A stretch of 38,624 nucleotides of DNA from Candidatus Falkowbacteria bacterium CG02_land_8_20_14_3_00_36_14 (lineage in GTDB: Bacteria > Patescibacteriota > Patescibacteriia > Patescibacteriales > UM-FILTER-36-11): the NCBI GenBank assembly GCA_002781265.1, contig PETS01000021.1:1-38624 (forward strand). Direction: 5' to 3'. The notes below the pieces were generated by a model. The model saw only the letters and a list, made by a program, of their open reading frames with translations, ran no database searches and was not told the DNA's origin. Made by a program: the position numbers and the translations under genes. Positions 18,672-25,070 of this stretch are shown piece after piece; the stretch's first letter is position 1; each line of letters begins with the position of its first letter.

Positions 18672-18960
18672 AATCCGCGTTAAGCGGATTCACAGGGCCT
18701 AAAAAGGTCGATCTCGGGTGTATCCCGAGAGGTCGGTGCTAGTTTAATTAAACTAAAATTCTTTATAAAATTAATATTTTATTTTATGGCGGTTGGGATT
18801 TATCCCGATTAGTAAATCAATTAGCTACGCCTTGTTAAATTTTTTTAGAATCCCTGAATAAATTTAATCGGGCAACCCCACACTTATGCAAATAAGAGTG
18901 GGCAGATAAATTTTACTCCATGGAATTTACGTCCGCCATTTATTTATATAAGTGTGGGGG
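18672..18960. ncRNA. candidate structured RNA / leader region (unclassified)
   Basis: No ORF of 60 aa or more, and by eye clearly GC-richer than the other spacers. It holds several perfect 7-12 bp helices, including a GNRA-capped hairpin and mutually exclusive pairings (see findings). Confidence 0.25.
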
Positions 18961-19090
18961 AGCGGAATTCCGATTGATTTACAATCAAACCTCTATTATT
19001 TAAAAAATAATTAATTTATAAAGAGTAAAAAGAAACCTTGATAAATTTTTTAGCTTTAAGCGAAAATATTTATCAAGCTATTAATTAATT

Positions 19091-22000
19091 ATGATTAAAT
19101 TACGAAAAGCATTTGTTGTCAGCTTGAGCATAGTCACCATTTTGGTAATGAGCGGAGTGGCGGTAACTCCGGTTAGCGCGGCCGCTTCTGCCGGTGACTT
19201 GGTAAAAATTGACGGTGTTTCTGCCGTTTATTACTTAAGTGCTGATGGTTATAGGCATGTTTTTGACCATGAAAAAACATATTTTACATGGTATGATGAT
19301 TTTACTGCCGTAGATCCAATAACCCAAGAAGAGCTGGAAAATTGGCCAAGAGGAGATAATGTTGATGTAAGACCGGGAACCAAACTGGTAAAAAGTCCTG
19401 ATGAATCAACAGTTTATACTGTTGAAAAGGGCGGTATTTTAAGATCAATCGTTAGTGAAGCTAACGCGATTAGTCTTTATGGCGCTGATTGGGCAAAAAA
19501 AGTAATTGATATTATTCCTTCATTTATGGTTAATTATACTGTTGGAGCTCCTTTAACAGAAGGAGTATATCCTGTCGGAACTTTGGTAAAATCTTCCAGT
19601 AGCCCCGATGTATATTACTATGATGGGACTAATTACCGCGTATTCTCCAATGAAGCTTCATTTGTTAATAACAGATTTAATTTTACTAATGTAGTTACTG
19701 TACCTGACACTATGACTATTACCGCGGGCGGAACTACCATTAGCGGACCTGAAGACGCTATAATTGACACTTCTGAAGGCGGAGGCGGAACAGCCCCATC
19801 TGGAAGCGGCTTAACCGCTTCGCTCGCTTCCACCTCCAAATCTGCCGGCAATATTCCGGCCGGTTCGCCGAATGAATTTTTGACGCTTAACCTAACAGCA
19901 GCCAGCGATGGCGATGTTGAAGTGTCTACCATTAAGCTAAGCGCTTATGATTTAGGCACCGCTATTTATATTGACAACGTTACTTTCTATGATGCTGGCG
20001 TTAAAGTGGGCACAGCCAAGAATGTCAATTCCAGCCGAGAAGCCATGTTTAACTTCTCTACTCCGATCAAGGTTACAGCCGGTTCTACCAAGACCTTAGT
20101 GGTAAAAGCCACTATTGAAGCCGGCCAAAGCGGAAATTTTGCCTTAGGCGTTAAAACCGCGGCTGACATCACTACCAACGGCGCGACTGTGAGCGGGTCT
20201 TTCCCGGTTGTCGGCAACTCCCAAGCTATTGTTACCGGTGTTGATATCGGTACGGTCACTATGTCCAGTGTCGGCACATCCGATACATTTAATGACTTTG
20301 GCGAAGATCATGTTAAATTAGCCAGCTTTAATTTAGCCGCGGCCAACGAGCCGATTATTTGGAGTTCAATGATAATGAAAAACGGCGGCACTAATACTGC
20401 CGGCATTGTCGGCAATATGAGCGTTGAAGTTGACGGCACAGTAATCGTTTCTGGCGCTGAATTGGCTGATAAGTTTGTCAATTTTGATATGGGCAATTTA
20501 ATTATTGCCAAAAATGACACCGTTTCCGTTGAAATCTACGGAGATCTTGGCATTGCTAATGTCAATAATACTATTGACCTTTATTTTGACGATGCCAATG
20601 ACTTGGTCTTTACCGGCCAGGATTTCGGCTATGGTGTTACGATCGGCACTGCCGGTTTCGGCGGCTTAAATGCTGTTTCTGATGGCATAGTTGTTACCTT
20701 AACCGCCGGCGATGTTGTTATTGATATGGACAAGACCGCTACTCCTTCCAAAGACGTCAGGCCTGATGATAATGATGTAGTGTTAGCTACCATTAAAGTA
20801 GTTTCTAATGGTGAAAACGCTACCATTACCTCAATTGGCGCTGGCAATGACACCTTTATGATCAGCGACCCGGGATCAGCCAATGCCGATATGAATGAAA
20901 TTGAAAATGTTGAATTAAAAGACATTGAAACCGGAGCGGTTTATGATATTACTCATGCCAGTTCATCGGCTACGGCCACTAATATCGGCTTGACATTAAC
21001 CGATGATATCAGCTTGAAGAAAGGCGTAACCAAGACCTTCCAATTAAGGATTGATTTATTAGGCGCCAATGATACAAATGGCGTTGATACTAATGACTCA
21101 TTCCAGGTTACTTTGGAGGACGGCGCGTTTGCCATTACCGGAGATGATTCCGATGATGACTTGTCAAACAACATCACTCCGACTTCCGTCACCAGCGCTA
21201 TCGCTACTGTTAAATCAGCTTCCTTAACTTGGAAGACCACTTCTTTAGCCACCCAGACAATCGTTCCCGGAGCTAAGAATATCGTTATTTACAGAGCTAG
21301 CGTTGATACAGGCGCGTCATCCGCGGTTACTTTGACTTCGGTCAAAATTTCAGCCACCACTACCGTCGCTACCGCGTTTGACGACAATAATGTTTCCCAG
21401 TTAAGATTATATATTGACGGCAAATTGGCTAAGACTGTTTCCGGACAAATTGCTGAAGGCGGTTCAGCCACCGGCTATATCAACTTTACTTCGCTTAACG
21501 CTACCAATAGCGTAATTGCCGCGGGTAAATCTGTTGTGGTAGAGGTTCAAGCGGATTTCGCTGGCACCTTTAATCCGGTCGGTTATATCCAGTTGGAGAT
21601 TGACAGCGGTACTGCCGATATCATTGCTAAAGATATAGATAATAACGCGGTAGTAGAAAGCGTTTCTAATGTCGGCACCCAATCAAGGACAGTTATCTTA
21701 GCTTCAGCCGGCACTTTAAAAGTGCAATTAAGGACAACCGAGCCGAAAGCTAATGACAGCAGCTATATTTTGGCGAGCACGGAAACAAGACCGGACAAGT
21801 ATTTAGCCGAATTAGTATTAACTGCCGCCAATGAGCCGGTTAAGATTAAGACTTTGGTCTTGGAAGAATACGGCAGTTCCACTGATTCTGACATTAAGAC
21901 TGTTAGATTATATAACAGCGCGGGCGCGATGATTGCCGAAAAAGCTCCGGCGGCCGCCGGCCATGTCAACTTTGATGCCTTAAATATCACCTTGCCGGCC

Positions 22001-22780
22001 GACACGGCGACTTCCTGGTTCATCGGTGTTACTACCAAATCAATTAATGCCGCCAGCGATGCGGAAGGCACAGGCACTTACGGACGCGAGATTCAGTTCA
22101 GTTTAGCCAGCGAAGGAGTGCTAACCTCAACGTTCAGCTTGCTGGTTAATCAGGCCGTAACCGCGGCCGGCGTGGATACCGGATCCGATATTACCATAAT
22201 TGAAGACGCGAACGGCACGCTTGCCACCGGCGAATATACGGGCAGCACAACTAAGTCAATGTTGGCCACTACTACCGGTTCTATCCTGACCTCAGTCGTT
22301 AATACCATGGCTGATGGCACATTGGCCGGAGGCACGGGTAAAACCGTCGCCAAGTATAAGTTTGTCTTTGACAACGGCAATAACCGGAACAGCGACAATA
22401 CCGAGCTGAAAGCCCAGCTGAGACAGCTTATATTAACGCTCGCGACCAGCACCGGCGCGTCATTATCTAACGTTGAGGCTTATATTGAAGGCGATTCCTC
22501 CAATAAGACTACGGCTGTTAATATCGCGGCCAACAGTAAATTCACGATTGATTTAACAACCTTGTCCGGCACGACCGAGAAAGTTGACGGCACGGTAACG
22601 TTGGTAATTATCGGCGATATTGTAACTGACGGCACAGCTGATTACATGCAGACCGAGATCAACAATTTGAATACCGATTTTACCTATAACGGCAATGATG
22701 GCAATACAGGTATGCATTGGACGCTTTTGTCATCCGATTTGGGTATTTCGGATGTTAACGGCGCGACTCTGTCCAACTAA
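19091..22780 (+). CDS. secreted repeat-rich surface protein (S-layer/adhesin-like)
   Basis: 1,229 aa with a signal peptide MIKLRKAFVVSLSIVTILVMSGVAVTPVSAAASA. The N-terminus carries a duplicated LVK...VYY...DG..R.F module, followed by many beta-rich Thr/Ser/Ala/Val repeats and a strong terminator. Confidence 0.9.
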   Translation: MIKLRKAFVVSLSIVTILVMSGVAVTPVSAAASAGDLVKIDGVSAVYYLSADGYRHVFDHEKTYFTWYDDFTAVDPITQEELENWPRGDNVDVRPGTKLVKSPDESTVYTVEKGGILRSIVSEANAISLYGADWAKKVIDIIPSFMVNYTVGAPLTEGVYPVGTLVKSSSSPDVYYYDGTNYRVFSNEASFVNNRFNFTNVVTVPDTMTITAGGTTISGPEDAIIDTSEGGGGTAPSGSGLTASLASTSKSAGNIPAGSPNEFLTLNLTAASDGDVEVSTIKLSAYDLGTAIYIDNVTFYDAGVKVGTAKNVNSSREAMFNFSTPIKVTAGSTKTLVVKATIEAGQSGNFALGVKTAADITTNGATVSGSFPVVGNSQAIVTGVDIGTVTMSSVGTSDTFNDFGEDHVKLASFNLAAANEPIIWSSMIMKNGGTNTAGIVGNMSVEVDGTVIVSGAELADKFVNFDMGNLIIAKNDTVSVEIYGDLGIANVNNTIDLYFDDANDLVFTGQDFGYGVTIGTAGFGGLNAVSDGIVVTLTAGDVVIDMDKTATPSKDVRPDDNDVVLATIKVVSNGENATITSIGAGNDTFMISDPGSANADMNEIENVELKDIETGAVYDITHASSSATATNIGLTLTDDISLKKGVTKTFQLRIDLLGANDTNGVDTNDSFQVTLEDGAFAITGDDSDDDLSNNITPTSVTSAIATVKSASLTWKTTSLATQTIVPGAKNIVIYRASVDTGASSAVTLTSVKISATTTVATAFDDNNVSQLRLYIDGKLAKTVSGQIAEGGSATGYINFTSLNATNSVIAAGKSVVVEVQADFAGTFNPVGYIQLEIDSGTADIIAKDIDNNAVVESVSNVGTQSRTVILASAGTLKVQLRTTEPKANDSSYILASTETRPDKYLAELVLTAANEPVKIKTLVLEEYGSSTDSDIKTVRLYNSAGAMIAEKAPAAAGHVNFDALNITLPADTATSWFIGVTTKSINAASDAEGTGTYGREIQFSLASEGVLTSTFSLLVNQAVTAAGVDTGSDITIIEDANGTLATGEYTGSTTKSMLATTTGSILTSVVNTMADGTLAGGTGKTVAKYKFVFDNGNNRNSDNTELKAQLRQLILTLATSTGASLSNVEAYIEGDSSNKTTAVNIAANSKFTIDLTTLSGTTEKVDGTVTLVIIGDIVTDGTADYMQTEINNLNTDFTYNGNDGNTGMHWTLLSSDLGISDVNGATLSN

Positions 22781-22825
22781 TTAAACTATATTTGATAGTT
22801 TAATCGCGGAGGATAACGCGAAAAA

Positions 22826-22850
22826 GCCCCCCGGGCAACCGGGGGGCTTT
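22826..22850 (+). terminator. Rho-independent terminator of the 1,229-aa gene
   Basis: GCCCCCCGG-GCAA-CCGGGGGGC (9-bp GC stem, GNRA loop) followed by TTT. A second C/G-rich hairpin follows at about 22859-22886. Confidence 0.85.
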
Positions 22851-22886
22851 AGTTTGTTCTACCCCCGACAAGGTGGTTGGGGGGGT

Positions 22887-22916
22887 TTGACACTAAGACG
22901 TAATTTTTGGTAGAAT
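22887..22916 (+). promoter_or_regulatory. sigma70-like promoter for mnt-hepT (TTGACA - 18 nt - TGgTAGAAT)
   Basis: -35 TTGACA at 22887-22892 and an extended -10 TGgTAGAAT ending at 22916. The ATG at 22925 is 8 nt downstream, which looks leaderless. Confidence 0.45.
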
Positions 22917-22924
22917 TAAAGCAT

Positions 22925-23236
22925 ATGAAACAGGATAATATTAAGAAAATTGAAGAATTAAAAGAAAAAATTATTCCGATTTTAAAGGCAAATGACGTAG
23001 TCAGGTCGTCTGTTTTTGGATCGTTTGCCCGCGGGGAAGACACGCCGGAAAGCGATATTGATTTGTTGGTGGAATTGGAAGACAATAAAAGTCTTTTAGA
23101 TATGGTTCATCTTAAAAACGAGTTGGAAGATTTTCTTCGGAGAAAAGTTGATATTATCACTTACGATTCAGTCAATCCCCGCTTAAAAGATTATATTTTT
23201 AGAGACGAAATAAAAATATATGGACAAAGACAATAA
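22925..23236 (+). CDS. mntA: MNT-type nucleotidyltransferase antitoxin (type VII TA)
   Basis: GSFARGEDTPESDIDLLVE (GSxxRGxxxxxSDIDL) motif. I prefer the ATG at 22925 over the TTG at 22907, which lies inside the predicted promoter. Confidence 0.85.
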   Translation: MKQDNIKKIEELKEKIIPILKANDVVRSSVFGSFARGEDTPESDIDLLVELEDNKSLLDMVHLKNELEDFLRRKVDIITYDSVNPRLKDYIFRDEIKIYGQRQ

Positions 23237-23553
23237 AGTATTTTTAGGGCATATTATTGATTGCATCGTTAATATTGAAGATTATACGAAAAATTTTACC
23301 GCTAACGATTTTTCCCAATAATCGTATGATTGTTGACGCGGTGATAAGAAATTTGGAAATTATCGGCGAAGCGGCGAGAAATTTAGCCGATAATTTTAAG
23401 AGTGTTAATTCGCATATTCCGTGGAGAGATATTGCCGGTTTAAGAAATATATTAATACATGAATATTTTGGGGTTGATAAGGAAAAAGTATGGAAAGTTA
23501 TTCAAAAAGATTTGCCCAGTTTTAAAAAAGAAATAGAACTATTATTAAAATAA
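23220..23553 (+). pseudogene. hepT: HepT (DUF86) RNase toxin gene, frameshifted in a T5 run
   Basis: The N-terminal 33 codons (MDKDNKVFLGHIIDCIVNIEDYTKNFTANDFSQ*) are read from an ATG at 23220 that overlaps the mnt stop. The remainder (NNRMIVDAVIRNLEIIGEAARNL...RNILIHEY, the Rx4HxY motif) is in another frame. The switch is at TTTTT 23309-23313. Confidence 0.8.
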
Positions 23554-23577
23554 AATATTTAAATTTAAAGCAAAATT

Positions 23578-24618
23578 ATGTTTACAATAAAATATTTAAA
23601 AATTTATTTAATATTTTTATTATTATTCTTGTTTTTAGCGATCGGTTTAGCTTATGCCGAAGAATTATCAGAAAAGCTGAAAGGCCGGATTTTACTGCAA
23701 ATAGAGTCCCATGGCGAGGCCTGGTATGTTAATCCTGACAGCCAAAAACGGTTTTATCTGGGACGGCCGGCGGACGCTTTTGCCGTGATGCGCGAACAAG
23801 GGCTGGGAGTATCCAATAAGGATTTTGCTTCTTTTAACGGAGTGGCTCCAAAAAGATTAGCCGGAAAAATTTTATTAAAAGTAGAAGCAAACGGCGAGGT
23901 CTATTATGTGAATCCGATTGATTTAAAAATGATATATCTGGGACGGCCGGCGGATGCTTTTGCCGTTATGCGCGAACAGGGGCTGGGCATTACTAATGAA
24001 AATTTAGCTAAAATAAAAATAGATGAAAAATCAAGCCCGATTATTTCCGAAGAAGCAACCGAGATTGTTAAAGAAATTGAAGAAAAACCGGATGAAGAAG
24101 TTGTTGTTGAAACGCCTGAAGAAATCGCCACCGGAACGGAAGAAATAATTATTGATACTCCGGAAGAATCAGCTACTACTACAGAAGAAGTTGTTATAGA
24201 CCTGCCTGCCGGACAGGCAGGAGAAACCGCCGCCACCTCCTGCGTTTGGCTGGCGGAATATTTTAATAATAAGAGTCTTTTCGGCTCGCCATTGGCGACC
24301 AGCAGTGTTGACGAAGTTAATTTTAATTGGGGATCAGGCGGTCCCGAAGGAATAAATAAGATAAATAATTTTTCAGCTCGTTTTACCGCCAATTGTTATT
24401 TTGCCGGAGGAAATTACGAATTTCAGACAAAATTTGATGATGCTATTAGAGTCTATCTTGATAATGAAAATTTTCTTCAGTCGTGGGCTGATAATAATAC
24501 AGCCAAAATTATTAATAGAGAACGCAATATAGAAAAAGGTAATCATGAAGTTAAGGTTGAGTATTACGATGCAGCCAGCAACGCCGTTATTAGCGTGGGC
24601 TGGGTTATGATTAATTAA
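23578..24618 (+). CDS. secreted protein: 2x GxILL..E..GE.YYVNP...YLGRPADAFAVMREQGLG repeats + acidic linker + PA14 domain
   Basis: N-terminal hydrophobic signal. The C-terminus reads WLAEYFNN...NFNWG...FSARF...GNYEF...DDAIRVYLD...GNHEVKVEYY, typical of PA14. Confidence 0.85.
   Translation: MFTIKYLKIYLIFLLLFLFLAIGLAYAEELSEKLKGRILLQIESHGEAWYVNPDSQKRFYLGRPADAFAVMREQGLGVSNKDFASFNGVAPKRLAGKILLKVEANGEVYYVNPIDLKMIYLGRPADAFAVMREQGLGITNENLAKIKIDEKSSPIISEEATEIVKEIEEKPDEEVVVETPEEIATGTEEIIIDTPEESATTTEEVVIDLPAGQAGETAATSCVWLAEYFNNKSLFGSPLATSSVDEVNFNWGSGGPEGINKINNFSARFTANCYFAGGNYEFQTKFDDAIRVYLDNENFLQSWADNNTAKIINRERNIEKGNHEVKVEYYDAASNAVISVGWVMIN
24201..24221. repeat. REP-like perfect hairpin CCTGCCTG-CCGGA-CAGGCAGG embedded in frame in the PA14 gene
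   Basis: It encodes LPAGQAG at the linker/PA14 boundary. Related GCCGGCAGG cores occur at about 29639 and about 32911. Confidence 0.5.
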
Positions 24619-24688
24619 ACAAGATACGCCTCAAAAAGCTATCTCGTAAGTTCACCGCTTTTTATCAGTTTTTATGAATTTTTAAACC

Positions 24689-24716
24689 TTGACAGCGGCG
24701 GCTGTTATGATAAAAT
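24689..24716 (+). promoter_or_regulatory. sigma70-like promoter (TTGACA - 16 nt - TGaTAAAAT)
   Basis: -35 at 24689-24694 and an extended -10 ending at 24716. The ATG at 24725 is 8 nt downstream, which looks leaderless. Confidence 0.45.
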
Positions 24717-24724
24717 AAAGCCGT

Positions 24725-25015
24725 ATGAAGAAAATAAGCAAAAAAATAACCATAGATCAATTAGCTGTTACAATGAATAAGTTAGTCGCCACGGTGGATA
24801 ATTTGGCTGTTGCTGTCAAGAAAGGATTTGATTATGTTGACAAAAGGTTTGACGGCGTTGACAAAAGATTTGACGGCGTTGACAAAAGGTTGGATTCTTT
24901 AGAGCGCGGCCATGAGGAAATCAAACTAAAGCTTGACAATGTCGCTTATCGTTTTGAACTGGTGGAGTTGCAGAGAAGGGTTGAAATTTTGGAAAAAAAA
25001 TTGAGCGCGAAATAA
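24725..25015 (+). CDS. small coiled-coil protein with VDKRFDG heptad tandem repeats
   Basis: 96 aa containing YVDKRFDGVDKRFDGVDKRLDSLE. It has its own promoter and terminator. Confidence 0.7.
   Translation: MKKISKKITIDQLAVTMNKLVATVDNLAVAVKKGFDYVDKRFDGVDKRFDGVDKRLDSLERGHEEIKLKLDNVAYRFELVELQRRVEILEKKLSAK
24835..24897 (+). repeat. 3 x 21-nt tandem repeat GTTGACAAAAG(G/A)TTTGACGGC
   Basis: In-frame repeat inside the 96-aa CDS; the third copy is diverged at its 3' end. Confidence 0.8.
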
Positions 25016-25039
25016 ATTTATGATTTGTTTTATAGTATA

Positions 25040-25068
25040 AAAAGTAACATATGTTACTTTTTTATTAT
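25040..25068 (+). terminator. terminator-like AT-rich hairpin
   Basis: AAAAGTAACA-TA-TGTTACTTTT is a perfect palindrome followed by TTTATTATTT. It ends 3 nt before the next ATG. Confidence 0.5.
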
Positions 25069-25070
25069 TT

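Noticed and set aside
19633-22452. A chain of minus-strand 60-104-aa ORFs antisense to the 1,229-aa surface gene.
   Set aside because: The same shadow-ORF effect applies. They tile the antisense strand of a single uninterrupted, signal-peptide-bearing CDS.
22849-23085. Minus-strand 78-aa ORF overlapping the terminator, the promoter and the mnt gene.
   Set aside because: It overlaps a motif-bearing MNT CDS and regulatory hairpins, and has no motifs.
23741-23998. Near-identical 60-nt segments in the PA14 gene as a diversity-generating retroelement TR/VR pair.
   Set aside because: There is no reverse transcriptase in the window. The few differences (C>T, G>T, A>G and a 3-codon block) are not adenine-specific, and both copies lie within one CDS as an ordinary domain duplication.
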